The notes under the pieces were generated by a model. The model saw nothing but the letters and a program-made list of their open reading frames with translations, made no database searches and was not told the origin of the DNA. A DNA stretch of 63,262 bases, counting the filler, from Hyphochytrium catenoides (taxonomy: Eukaryota; Protista; Hyphochytriomycota): NCBI GenBank assembly GCA_900088475.1. It is 14 parts of 14 records of this genome, joined end to end, with 100 filler letters (N's around TTAATTAATTAA, not from the genome) between each part and the next. Parts side by side here need not be neighbours in the genome. Positions count along the whole stretch, not along the records: positions 47,937 to 53,725 come from FLMG01002187.1; positions 53,826 to 58,134 come from FLMG01001790.1; positions 58,235 to 61,965 come from FLMG01000380.1; positions 62,066 to 63,262 come from FLMG01004323.1; 10 more parts are not named here. One strand, written 5' to 3'. The translations under genes were made by a program, and so were the position numbers. How positions within the stretch are numbered: the stretch's first letter is position 1; the number at the start of each line of letters is the position of its first letter. Positions 49,775-62,771 of this stretch are shown in pieces.

Positions 49775-51601
49775 CTAACCTGACAAGGTCGCTTGAGCCA
49801 ACAAGCTCAATCTCTGCTCTTCTGCCTTCCGCGGACCAAGACTCTTAGAATCCCTGATCTTATAGAGCCTTTCATAAGGACACGGAAACACAGCCAAGTG
49901 ACGAATGTGTCTAACCCTTGACAATGCGACGAAAGCCAGGCCAAGCGTACGCTCTTTCTTCCCTAAATGTACCACCACGCGGTCTAGAGTCTGCCCTTGG
50001 TGGCTCTTGTGGATTGTCATGCCATAAGCGAGACGGAGGGGGAACTGCATCCTGCTGTGCTTATAGTCGTCAGAGAAGAACTGATAGGCCGACATTAGGA
50101 CCCATGTATTCCTTTCTTCGCCATAATCCTCAAAGAATGGGGGTCCAACGTAGTCCTTCCACTCGACAATGATGAAACTGGGCTGATCCATTGTAGTTTG
50201 CCCTTGAGCATACACAATGTCTCTGACCACGCCCCTGCTCCCGTTTGTAAGCCCGACATCCTGCCAGAGATTCGTTGTCAGGTTGACCTCCGCGCCAACT
50301 GCCAGGTATAAAGCGTTCTGGAGGCCCCTAAATTTGTCAGCATCCATAGACTTGGCTCTCGAAGAGCTGTTGATAGCAGGAATGCGTGTGATAGGCTGAC
50401 CAAGCTGTATAAGTCTTTCATTGTTGTAGCGATCTACATCAGCATTCTCTGCAAACAGTCTCACGGCGTCCTTGAATTCATCAGCAAAAGTGTTGCCAAT
50501 GTTGGTGGGAGTTCGAGCCATCAGAAGTTCCCACTGTTCCTTATCCACAATCCCTTCGTGCAGATCCTTAAGGAGGCGCAGGAAGCGAGCTTGCTGAGGA
50601 TCGCTGTTATCTTCTTGTTGCCGGACAACAACCTGGTCCAGCATGACCACCTTCTTCCGAAACTGCCGGTAAGCAACTTCGCCTTCTAAGCAGAAAGCTT
50701 TGTCTGACTTGCCGTATAGAGGGGTTCCACCCACAGGAAGAAGTTGACCGGGATCGCCTACTAGCATCACATTGACACCTCCGAAGGAGAGATCTCTCCT
50801 CCCTTTTGCCTGACGCAGACGGCTGTCAATCTTCCCAAGAAGGTCAAGACTGACCATTGAGTATTCATCAATGATCACAATCAGCACTTGAGCAAACTTC
50901 TCCTGAAGCTTCTTCAAAGCCTCTCCCTTGAGCTCCACGAAAGATCTTGATCCCGCCTCAACCGGTATAGAAAAGAGTGAATGCAAAGTTGAACCACGAA
51001 TCAGAAAGGATGCTTTAGCAGTGAAAGCCCCGCGAACCACTTCAACGCGAGAAAGAGCGGTTGATATAGCGCCGATGGTGTGTGACTTCCCAGTACCAGC
51101 AGTACCATTGACAAGCAGAAGGAGCTGCCGTCTAACTAGTCTGCCACTTTTGATCTCGAACTGCCGACAGAACTCTATCAAATTAGGCTGCTCTCTAAGT
51201 CTCAGCGTTGGATAATCTCCCTGAATCTCAGCGCGCTTAGCAAACAGTGTAAGCAAATTGTCCGTGATGCCAACTTCTCCAGTGACCCGGTTGATTCGAA
51301 GCTGCTGAGTGCTGACCTCCAGTGACTGCTTCACAAAGGTGAAGGACGACTGACAATGTTTGCCACCGAAGATCATTCTGGAGACTTCCCCACCTCCTAC
51401 ATCACGACGATCGACGCAGCGGATCATCAGAGATCTCAATTTAGAGATGGGATTCTCCCCATCCCGCGCATGCTGCATTACGGACCTGTAAATGTTTTGC
51501 AAGGAACGTCCACCCTTTTCACCCTTCGCGGCATACTTCACCATGTAGGCACGGCCGCGTGACGGTCGAGAATGAGTTGGAGATCCACGTTTGCTCTCCA
51601 A
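49775..51601 (-). pseudogene. Rep motif III plus PIF1-family SF1B helicase portion of RepHel
   Basis: YMVKYAAK (catalytic Tyr pair), Walker A GTAGTGKS, Walker B IIDEYSMV, FGG...GDPGQLLPV, QFPLRLAYGMTIHKSHQGQTL and FVALSRVR. Confidence 0.92.
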
Positions 51602-51775
51602 TGTTGATGCATAACCCGATTATGTGAGTTCATCCACGGATCATTCCGCTTAAGAGCAATTTTTGCCCTCACTGACGAACCAACATTCTCAAAAGTGATC
51701 CTCGAATTCCCTTGCAACTCGAAAGGATAATTGAAACGGCACCCAGTACCACCTTTCTTAGACTTGCAGTACCCA

Positions 51776-53530
51776 TCAGGGCGACAGACATGACGCTAGC
51801 TGACAGCAGTTAGACAGCTCAACGTAGTCAGCATGTAAGGCCTCGGAGTCGTCTATGCAATCCAATACACTGGTAGAACAGGGGTGGGGATCTGGAACGG
51901 CTGCCGCATCTGCAGCAAGAGAATCTATCCGCGCATTCATTGCAGTTAAGAGCGTATCTGCATAGGTAATGACCCGTTGCCCTGCTTCCAGACCCCTGCG
52001 TACGATTTCCTGCATACGCTCGGAGTAGTCTCGATTTAATACGTAGATATTCAGTAGCTGTTCTGCTGCCAACCTCCCACTGTACGTAGCGGCCACCAAC
52101 TGGGGTATGCCGGGATCATTTCTAAGCTTGACCACACCATGAGCGTGGATAGCCGTGCGGCTCTGCCATTCATAGCGATGCCAGATCCATTCATGCTCCA
52201 GAACATCCCCAAAGAAGCACCGTAGGAACTCGTCTAAGCGAGTGGAAAAGTACCAATCAACAAGGTGAGAGTTCTTCCCTACGTTACGGTACCGTCTGCT
52301 TGGCTCTACTAGTCCACCAGGCATTAGCCTATGAAGGTCCTCCCAATAGTAATCGGCGAAGCTAAAGGTGAAAAAGGCCGTACCACACCCTTTCTGTTGA
52401 AAGATCGCCTCCAGCTCTTGCCGTCTTTGATACCAATAGGCATCGGAGCCTGTGAGATTAGCTGAATACGCAGAGAGGCGCTTCATAAGGCTCTGCCAGG
52501 TGTTATCGTTGACCATTTGCCGCAGTTCATCGAGGGTTAGAGCTGCATCTCCAGGGTTCTTCTTGAGGTATATGGTGGCCTGCGATAGCGTTCGATGACG
52601 TCTGATTCGGTCATTCATCCAAAACTTGAAACGATCATGTTCGGCGAAAGGATAGTAAAGTTCTCCAGTGAGAGGGTCCTTCTCTGCATACCGCATTAGA
52701 TGAGCGGTTGCATCAGTCTCAGATACCGCGTGGATCCTATCTAACTTCGTAGGGTCCGCTATTCCGAGAGGAAACAGCTTCACGAACGCCATTGAGGCTA
52801 GGGATGGAGTCTCAAACTCGTTAATTGGTTGAGAGCCAGCTTCAGGCCATGCAAATGCGCGATGTAGACGATCTACCTCTAATGGCTCATTACCACAATC
52901 CTGCACGAAGGAATGATAGGGAGAGTTATCATCATCGGCTTCATCAACAGGCGCAGGGTTGGGACCTTGGTCAGGTTCCTGCTGCACGCCGTCGTTGTCT
53001 CCCTCAATGACTTCTGACAGATTGGGAAGAACACCGTCTTCAGGCAGGGTGCTACAGTTCTCCTGACTGAAGGTGATGTTCCGCCTTATAAATTCAGGAT
53101 GATGTCGTACCAGAAAACGCCCAACAGCCTCTACTCGTGCTCGGTTGACTTTACACTCAGCTGACGTATTTTCCTGCCCATTTCGTTTAACAATGATGAC
53201 GGGCACATTCTCAGCCATGGGAGGAACTGCGTTGATAAAGGCCACGGATTCCTGGCGAAAGTTGGCAACGTATCCTCGATGAATGTTCTGTCCACTCTTG
53301 AGCTTGTATACAGACATAATGGGAAGCACAGGCGATAACATCATCTCCTCGACCATCGTCATTTTCCTCAGATGAACTTGGATGTCAGCAGGTACGGTTG
53401 AGGAAATATTAGGAATCATGCCGTTATCCCGTCCAAACTTGGGAGCGGATGTGCCTACGAAAGAGGTGGACAAGATTCTTAGCTGCTGGGAAAATGGTGT
53501 GGAAGATTCGTACGTATGATCGTAAAGCAA
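51776..53530 (-). pseudogene. Helitron Rep (HUH endonuclease) portion of RepHel, with DUF6570-like N-terminal region
   Basis: MTMVEEMMLSPV...GQ..HRGYV, AFVKLFPLG.AD, GSDAYWYQRRQEL, motif I FFTFSFAD..W.DL, and HUH motif RYEWQSRTAIHAHGVV. The frame is lost at about 51790. Confidence 0.9.
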
Positions 53531-54201
53531 TTACATAGAAAGAAGAACGGACCTCGCTTACAACGTCTGCACTTGTAAGCTGGAGAGACATAGTTCATGT
53601 TGTTGAGAGCAGTCCGGTCACGACGTACCAACCGGCGCGCTAACAGAGGAACTTACGAGGAACAGCGGTTAAGCCGAACACCTCACAGACAGGTCAAAGA
53701 GCTAATACAGCGGTGAAGCTGTTATNNNNNNNNNNNNNNNNNNNNNNNNNNNNNNNNNNNNNNNNNNNNTTAATTAATTAANNNNNNNNNNNNNNNNNNN
53801 NNNNNNNNNNNNNNNNNNNNNNNNNGAGAGAGAGAGAGGAGGAGACAGAGAAGAGAGAAAGAGAGAGAGAAAAGAGAGAGAGAGAGAGAGAGAGAAGAGA
53901 GAAAGAGAGAAAGAGAGAGACAAAGAGAGAGAGAGAGAAAAGAGAGAGGTGTTTTGATGGCGAGAGGTAGAACTTGAAAGATACGGAACAGACCTTGAGC
54001 TGGTGTAGTCAGCCTCGTACGAGTATGAAGCACTGGAGGAGATTGGCAAAGGGAGAGAGAGACCTAGGAGAGACTGACTGATCTGAGCAAGGGAGAACTT
54101 GAGAAGACACCGCTGCTCAGTAGAACTATCTACACCGAGAACGTACTATCACGAAGCTGCAGGAGCTCCAGCGGCACACCATTCTCTCTCTTTCCTCTCC
54201 T

Positions 54202-54236
<35 letters not shown>

Positions 54237-54466
54237 GTCTCTCTCTCTCCCCCTCTCTCTCTCCCTCTCTCTTTCTCGTCTGCTTGCTAGCATCATCTTT
54301 CTAGACTCTCCGGTACGAGCCAAGAAGCCAAGAACTGCAGAAGTCTTCATCTTCTTTTCCTCTCATTCCACAGCTCCCTCTGCCACAGGACTGCTGGAGT
54401 TCTTCTGAAAATCTCTTCCTCTCCTTCTCTCTCCTCTTTCCCCACCTTCACTTCTCTCTCTCTTTC

Positions 54467-54536
<70 letters not shown>

Positions 54537-54645
54537 TCTTTCTCTCTGGGCTCTCCTAATTACTAGCTTGGATAACGAGAGCACCTTCTCCCTTTCAGCT
54601 ACGCAATGACTCTCTGAACATCAGCAGCGGGCGCTCTCTTTAGCG

Positions 54646-57600
54646 ATGAGAGCGAAGGGCAGGAACGTTGATAGGCTTTCTCGTAGTGAGGAAGGCTTCC
54701 CGCCGGCCGCTTCGTCTGTCAGTGAGGGCCCAAGAGAGAGACGTCACAGCCAGGACATAGCTACGATATGGAGTGACGAGGAAAAAGAGAAGAAAGCAAG
54801 AAGAGGACGCAGCGATCTCTCTCTCCCTCGAGTCCTACTACTCCTTCTCCTGCTGCTTATACTCTGTGTCCTTGGATTCTTCTGGATAACCTCCGCTAAT
54901 CTAACACAAGGCACAGAGGAGCTACCGCACGGCTTCCTTCAGGAGAGCATACAGTCCAAGGACCAGAATGAAAAAGCACCTTTGGTCCTTTCTGCGGCGG
55001 ACGAGCCGGAAGCCGCAGCTCCGCCGGCGGTCATGTTGGCTCCGCCCAGGCCGCTGGGACCGAACGCGGCACCGCTGATTGCAGAAATGACTGCGGCCAA
55101 CAACAAGGAGCATTTAGGATGGACAGTGGTGGACTCTGTTGCTACGTTGACCGATCTCTGGGGCCAGAAGGACTTTCAGTGCGTGGCGTGGTGTCAGACA
55201 GCTCTCTGTGAAGCTGAGGGCCGCGTGGAGCCGCAGAACTCCAGACTCTGTGGGTCGAAGGTAGATGCGACAGCCTCTGGATACTGTGTGTACCGGAACA
55301 CTACCTCTGGCGCGATGTTCAAGCTGTTCCCTAAGGATTGTACCAACAGCTATGGAAGCTTCACCTGTAACACATTGTTGGACGCCGTAGGCCCACATCT
55401 GGGCTTTCTGGAAACGCTGGAGGAGATGCGAGAGGCGCTGATGGACCCTCAGGCTAACTGCACAGGATGGCGGCAGACCGAGGGATGCAATCCTTATGGC
55501 AAGAGAGAGCCTCAGAATGATGCTTCATGCTTTAAGCTGGTCGATGGCTCTGTGTCTGGCTATTGTGAGTTCTCAAACGGGAAGAGAACCTATAAAGTGG
55601 GAGGCAAAGACTGCTCTAGAGACGTGATGGGGTCGCACTTCAGGTGTTCAAACATTATGGAGACTCTCTCGCACGGCACAGAGTATACCAAGGAAATCAA
55701 GGACGGAGAGTCTCTTGCGGAGCTGCGGACACTTCATGGCAGAGGGGAGCTCACTTGTCTTGGGTTTAGAGGTTTGGATGCCAAGGGACGGCCTGACGCT
55801 GCGCTAGATAGCACCTGCGACGGTGTTCCCTTTGCTGCCTCAGCGGGCTACTGCTCCTTCGTGGACAAGACGTACCGCTTTTATCAGCTCTACCTTGGCA
55901 TGCAGAGAGTTATGGACGGACTAATCACATGCCAGGAAGCGCTGATTCAGCCCGAGACCCCACCTCAGACAGAAGTCGTAGTGCTCAAGAGCAAGGAAGA
56001 CTATGAAGCGGCGAGCAAGACCCCAAACTTTCGTTGTGTCGCCTTCCGATTTGTCCATCGGAGAGGCTACTTACGCATGCCAACGGAAGATGGCTCTTGC
56101 GCCAGCCGCGTGGCTCTGCCAGGTCATGGCTATTGCGAGTACCGAGCGGCAGCCAACGGTACAGTCTTCAGATATCAGCTTTGGCTCAATGGGACGAGCT
56201 GGCGCAATGAAGCGCACTGTGACAACCCTCTGCACTTCTACTGGCAGATTTTTTCCATGCTGGATACGTTCCATCAAGTGGTAGATCTCTTTCAAAAGAT
56301 ACCTCGTCTGACGTGTAAGGGCTTAAGGAAGACGTCAGAGTGCGATCCTTACGCAGAGAGGCTCTTCCCCGATGGCTCCTGCTCTGAGAAGGTCAAGAAG
56401 ACAACGTCTGGCTTCTGCGAGTATGAGGACCCAGACACAGGGCACTTGTACGGCCTCCTACCTTTTGGTTGTCACTCGTACAAGTTCTTGACGTGTAACC
56501 ACCTCGGGCGACTGGTCGAGTTCTCTCGGGCGTTGATCCCGTTCAAGACGAAGAGGTTGCAGCGTCAAAGTGTTACCGCTAAGAAGTATATGGGCCCCTC
56601 CTCACGTCGAGGGATCATCATCTGTGCCGGAGAGAAGATATGGATTAACGCCTACGTCCTACTCCGCCAGCTAGTGAACCTTAAGGTTTACCTACCGGTA
56701 GAAATATGGTCAATAGGAGAAGAGCTAGCTGACCAAGAAATAAGGACGGTACTGCAGATGACGGGCGTGAAGCAGCTAACCTTTCACTCGGCTGAGATGC
56801 CCAAGAAGAGTGGATACTATGTCAAGGTCTATGCCCTGTTGCATACAGAGCTTGAAGAAGTCTTTCTCATTGACGCCGACAACTATCCTGTGAGAAACAT
56901 CGAGTACATGTTCAACGCGATGAAGTACCGCAGGACTGGCACCTTCTTCTGGCCTGACTTTTGGCATGTGCAGAACCCTCTCCTCTTTCCTGCTTTGGAC
57001 GGAGACTCCTATCTCTGGGATATCTTTGGTATTGAAATGATAGAGACGCCAGAGCAGGAGAGTGGACAGCTACTTGTGGACAAAAGGCGGGCAGAGATGC
57101 CCCTGGAAGTGCTGAGGGTCTTTCTTCTGTACACCAACGAGCTCAACTTTTTTGCACATGGCGACAAAGATCTCTTCCGCTTCGCCTGGATGGTGGCAGG
57201 GCAAGAGTTCCATATTAACCCGTACGCGGGCTCGGCTGGATATATCGACGCGGACAAGCGCTTCTGCGGGCGGACGATGGTGCAGTTTGACGGCAACAAT
57301 GCAATACTCTTCCTTCATAGAAATCTAGAGAAGTTCTCGCAGAAAGAGGGCCGCCGCTTCGTGTGGGAGTACTATCAGCAATATGCAGGACAGCGCTATC
57401 CCTGGGTGGGCCAGCACTGGCCCAGCAATGGAGATTGTATAAACCTTGAAGACGCGACGAGAGGTATCAATTTCAGAACCAATAAGGAGCTGGACAAGAT
57501 AGAGTCGACGCTGCTAAGATTCGTACGCGAAGGATACACCGCGATGGAGCAGAAGTGCTCTGCAGGTTGCCCAGCCATGCATGGGACTACCTCCCACCAG

Positions 57601-58134
57601 CTGAAGGGGCTGGAGAAGGATCTGAGACAGCATTTCTCGCCCTACAGAGTAAAGGACCACAGGGAGATGCTCATCTTGGGCTCACTAGCGACCAGTGGCT
57701 ACGAGCTCATGAAGAAGAAGAGCGTCGCGGTTGGGATCATCCTGCAGAGGGGCGATACATCAGTCTTTACACTTCGCTATATCATCCCACGCATCGAGCG
57801 CCTCACCAAGCATTTCAGGTTGAGTACCATTTTGATAATGGAAGAAGGTATTTGTGAGNNNNNNNNNNNNNNNNNNNNNNNNNNNNNNNNNNNNNNNNNN
57901 NNNNNNNNNNNNNATCTCAGGAACGATCTGCTTGCAGAGATAAAAAAGCTTGCCGATGCAGACTTTTGTATCTTCTATGACCCGCCCATCATTGCCAACT
58001 TCCAGATCAATGGCATCGCCGCCTCTTTCGGCCTTCTGAATCCTCCTCAGGCTGTCTATACCTACCCCAGTGTGGAGTTCAAGTTGGCCATGGCGCCGTG
58101 GGATGTGGTGTGCAGCAATCTGCAGGTGGAGGCA
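54646..58134 (+). CDS. Type II membrane GT71 (MNN2-like alpha-mannosyltransferase) with five Cys-rich repeats and a possible second glycosyltransferase domain; intronless, 3'-partial, internal N gap
   Basis: N-terminal TM (VLLLLLLLLILCVLGFFWI); five C...C...SC...(S)GYC repeats at about 55180-56500; GT71 motifs RGIII, LPVEIW, KVYAL...FLIDADN, GTFFWPDFW, EQESGQLLVDK and GDKDLFRFAW. Confidence 0.88.
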
Positions 58135-61100
58135 NNNNNNNNNNNNNNNNNNNNNNNNNNNNNNNNNNNNNNNNNNNNTTAATTAATTAANNNNNNNNNN
58201 NNNNNNNNNNNNNNNNNNNNNNNNNNNNNNNNNNCCCATATCATCTCCTTCTCCCTCCCAATCGTCCCAATCTTCCTCGTTGTCTTTTTCCTCTTCACTG
58301 TCTCTGTCTTTTTGCCTGTGCTCCTCGGCTTCCGACCCCCGTACGCCAGCCTCCGGGGCTGCCATATCTGTGCCTGTGCGAGTCATAATGCCTAGGGAGT
58401 CTATGGCAGCAACGGTGAGGATTGCACCGGTTCTGCGAAGGGCCTGTATAACCACTACTTGGGCCGGACGAGGACTTGTCTTCCTTGCCTTGTCTTCTCA
58501 AGCTGTCAGGTAGCAGGAGCCAGCGTTGCTCAAGCACCTGCCCAGAAATTTTCCTGGACTGACGCTCGCTTCTCTTCCTTGTGTGGGTCTCGTCCAGATG
58601 GCGTCAGACTGCTCTCTGCTCAGTTCTGACAACCTCCTGGCTGGGTTCCTGCCAGATAATCTATCTGGGCACGCCTCAAAGAGCAAGACACCGATGCAGC
58701 CGCAGGATGAACAGCAGCGTCAGCCGCGGCGTTAGCAGGAGCAGTGGAGAAAGGATGTCAAAAGAGAAAGGTTCCCAACTAGGAAACGACTCGTTCCAGA
58801 GCTTTCAGGACCGAAAGCGTATATTATCAATGTACAGTTTGGGAAACGCCAAATGCTCATTTGTACATTATGACCAACTCTTGAAACTGTATCTTTGGAG
58901 GTTCTTACACTTTCAGCGGAATACAACGCTTCCTGGAGAAAAAAAAAAGCTTTGCTGTTGGCCTTTCCCAAGACGCTGACCTGGGATGGCCGAGCTCCAT
59001 ACCAGGGATTGAGAGCGCATTCCTCTGGCAGCTGACCCTTGGCTGACTCTGAACGGGTTGTTGCTTGCTTCGTCCTCAGCTGGAGATGAAGCTTGTAGAG
59101 GGACCGGCAGAGAAGATGAGTAGCTCTTCTAACTGTACGGGTATTGTTGTTGGAAGATAGCCTGGGACCGAACAACAAGCGAGGGCAAGAGGGAGGAGAA
59201 ACTACGTCCAATGGCGCCGCGGGCAGGGAAGGTTGTGGGGAAGGAGCGCAGGATGAGATGGTTTGAGCACTTCAGTAATGGAAGGACAGAGGAGCGACCC
59301 CAGCAGCAGCAGTCCTAGGAACAGCAGGGAAGTGGAGGAGCGGGTGGGAAGGTCTACTAGGCCAACGCCTCCTCTTTTTCCCTTGTATCCTCGGAGACGA
59401 AAGAGTGCTAATCAAGTGACATCTTTACTTCACTGAGGCAGGGATCGGTGGACGAGAGCCCGTATTGTTCTAGAACGTGGCATGTTGCCTTGATGGCAGC
59501 GGTTTGCTTTGACCGCGGCTACGTTCTTCACATCAGCCCGCTAGTACGCTATCGATTCTGTAGAATATCAAGATAGCTTTTGCTTCCGTAGAACCTGTAG
59601 CTAGACATTTCTCTACGAAGATATGACTTTTGATAGTTTTATTGCCGCTGCTTCACGGTCAGGGAAAACCTGGTATATAGTTGTCTAGAGTACACGCTCC
59701 ATGCTCATCACTCTATCTGCTGGTCGAAGCCGTCACTGTGCAGGCTCTAAGTGCTAGCGTTAGACATTCACCAAAGGCGGAGCGTCCGCCATGTTAAGCG
59801 TTCCGAAGAAGGACTGCACGGCTGTTGTGAGGCTGGTAACACTCCCATGTACCCTGACCCGTACACCTAGGGTTAGGACCCACCGCCGCAGATTCATATC
59901 AGATGGTGCGGTAATGCAGCACTTCATGCTGTTCTCATTGCTCAATTTGGCTCAAGCTGGGCGTCGTAGGAGAGTTACCTTTCGCCTCCACCAGAATGTC
60001 TAGGGTGTTGTCGGATAGAACAAGTGTTCAATATGCCCGAGGTTCACGGTCTACTTGGTGAAGTGCATATCAGTGACACGGGCCACGCGGACATAAGGCC
60101 CCTGCTCCTTTTGCGTGTTTTATATTTTTGGAACATTTGGGAGTCTCACAGTTGGGCTACAATGATTGACGCGGTAAGCTGACACGCGTGGACTGGCAGT
60201 TAGCATAGGTCGCACAAAGTCTACACCACAAAGCCTCATCTTATGTCCATACGGGCACTTACACGTGTCTCAAGGCATTTGTAGGCCAGTCGATGATGGA
60301 CAGATTTGATCACATTCATTCTTATATTCTTTATTCTCCTCCTCCACCTTCTTGCTTCCACCTTACTCCTCCTACTCATGACCCTCTAGGATGAACATGA
60401 GTAGGCTGCTTAGGAACAGTGAGGATACTATTATTCTTCACTGCTGACTCTATTATTTCCATGACAGCAAAATGTGTGTCCTACGACCCTTATTAGAAGA
60501 TAATCTACTCTTTAGCAAGAACCTTCGCTTACTTTGTGCACTCGCTACGTAAGAACCTTACTGTTCTTACAATTTGAACTAGAGATGATAGTTCGCAGAC
60601 TATGAGACCTGGGCTAACTAACTTCACGAATGTCGCCACGTTTTACTTCGGGAGTCTGAAAGATTCAAATCATACAAGGACCAGTTGGAATGCCGCGCCA
60701 CGCTGCTCTTGGTGATAACCCGGCGGATACCGGGTCGATCGTCCGCGGCGCCATTGTACATTGATACTATGACGACGAAGGACAGGTTTTACTCGTGGAC
60801 TGGAATTATTATAAGCGAAAGATCATCCGGCGGTATTACTTATGGTGGACTCACAACTCTATTCTACACGCAGTCGATGGTGGATCCTAGAACAACCGTG
60901 ACGCCGGAGAAGTAGGCCAGGGACGTACTTTAGCTCACTGATCATACCTTGCAGCTCTAGCTCTTTCGCGTCTTATTTCATGACAAGGGTGCCTCACAAC
61001 AAACTGAAGTTTGGAAGCCCTCGGCAGAAGGGGGAGTGTTTGACAAGTTTGCTTGAAGTGAAAGCAACAGCGTCGTCGGCAGCTGGACTGGGTGAAAGAG

Positions 61101-62435
61101 CTGATGAACGGGCATGACGCCCCTGACGAGAGATAGAACTCGAGAGCATTTGACTGTAGACGCGAAGAAGAGTCAATGAGGCGTCCCCTAGAGCCCAAGA
61201 AAGAGAAAGTGCCGACCAAAGAAGTGTTCTGCTAGTCGACCCACCGCCGACCTGAATGTCAATCCTGTGCCCGGCGTTCTCACCAGTGCCATATGCCTAT
61301 GTTGTTCTACACCTCCTTCCAGTCGCTCTTCTCCTTTGTCAATCTGCACACATACTGAAGCAGCTTTTAGCGCAAACCCTACCTTCGCCCTTGTTATACT
61401 TACAAGATCATCAAACTTGACGTGGAGACCCTTGAAGTACTTCGTTCTCACTAAAAGTGTATCCTACCACTTCAAACAGTAGTAAGTGCAGCTCTATTTA
61501 TCCCTTGTATGTCACAGCAAGACGCAAGACGAAACCTAGCAACAGCAGGGAGCAGCCATAGATGACCACGGGTTCATCAGGTGGCAGTACAAGTAGTGTG
61601 GCAGTGCCCTCTTCCCTATCTCTTGTTTCTCTCTTTGATCGTTCTGTGTCCAGTTCCTAGCATTCTCACACCACGACGACGACATACTTCGTACCCAAGT
61701 CCGAGCTACCAGCAGCAGGTCACCCTATCTCTCTCATGTATAGAAACTACCACTGGTCAGCTCTCCCTACACCAAGACAAGTGGGTCATGCCACGACGAG
61801 TGGGTCATGCCATCGTCGCTTGTTCCTTGCTACTAGTAAGTATTCTAGTAGTGGGAGCAACAGCAACTGATACAGATGGAGAACTATGAGTGCCAGGCCA
61901 TTCGACAGCAGGATCAGATCGATGCTGCTGGAGCGCGAGGCGAACACCTGAAAGATAGTTAGAGANNNNNNNNNNNNNNNNNNNNNNNNNNNNNNNNNNN
62001 NNNNNNNNNTTAATTAATTAANNNNNNNNNNNNNNNNNNNNNNNNNNNNNNNNNNNNNNNNNNNNGAAATCGTGCTTGAAACTTTCCCTTTAAAAAGTGC
62101 TCGTATGGTTGAAATTTTCGGTGGAAGGGTTGAAATTTATACCGAAATTTTGGATGAAACTTTTCAACGTTTCAAATGTTTCCTCGAAGTTTTCATTGAA
62201 ATATTTCCGAAAGTTTCAATGAAACAGGATTGCCGTTAGCGGCTATATGACAGTACCGATAGCCGGTACTGGCTAGTTGTTTTGGAAGCCGGCGAGACCG
62301 GGTAGCCGTTATTGCCCAGTGGAGCTCGTTGGCTGCTCCAGGGGGCCGACTTGATCTTGGTCTCGGTCGGGATCGCAATGGTCCAGTGGTTGGCTCAGAG
62401 GCCTCAGAACAAGTTTCCGAGTCCTGGAGGACGCG

Positions 62436-62771
62436 TGGGCCCATAACCTGTTGGATTATATGGGATGATTGGACAATGTCATTAGATGAGAGTGCTCTGC
62501 TTATAAGCCCAACTGGGGTCCCATAAACTAGAGCGATTCTGACTATGCCAACTACTCCTTATAAACCCTAAGATATTCAGTCATAGCGAAATCCCTGTCT
62601 AGAACAGTCAGTCCTGAAGGTATTCCGGGGTACTGACCATAAGCCATAGATATAAACAGGGACATTTCGTTTGCTTCATATCTCGGCTTTTACTGGGAGT
62701 TTGGAGCTGAAACTTGGGTAGTTAAGCTTGCCCGCTTGTAGGCCACATAGCTGTGCCCTCAGACTCCAACA
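62436..62771 (-). mobile_element. Copia 5' LTR (62771 to 62449, 323 bp) with primer-binding site, nested in another copia
   Basis: The minus strand reads TGTTGGAG...TCCAACA and is immediately followed by GGTTATGGGCCCA, the copia-type PBS. Confidence 0.88.

Larger units (their letters stand above)
49620..53725 (-). mobile_element. Helitron2/Helentron-like rolling-circle transposon, decayed; 5' end lies beyond the contig
   Basis: RepHel coding region plus two GC-rich hairpins downstream of the stop, at 49628-49649 and 49666-49680. Confidence 0.85.

Noticed and set aside
49775-51601. Cellular PIF1 helicase gene or viral helicase
   Set aside because: It is preceded by HUH Rep motifs I-III, is intronless and ends in terminal hairpins, which identifies a Helitron RepHel.
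1748-62065. Regularly recurring TTAATTAATTAA palindrome as a biological repeat or CRISPR-like array
   Set aside because: It is always embedded in N runs and is a six-frame-stop assembly linker.
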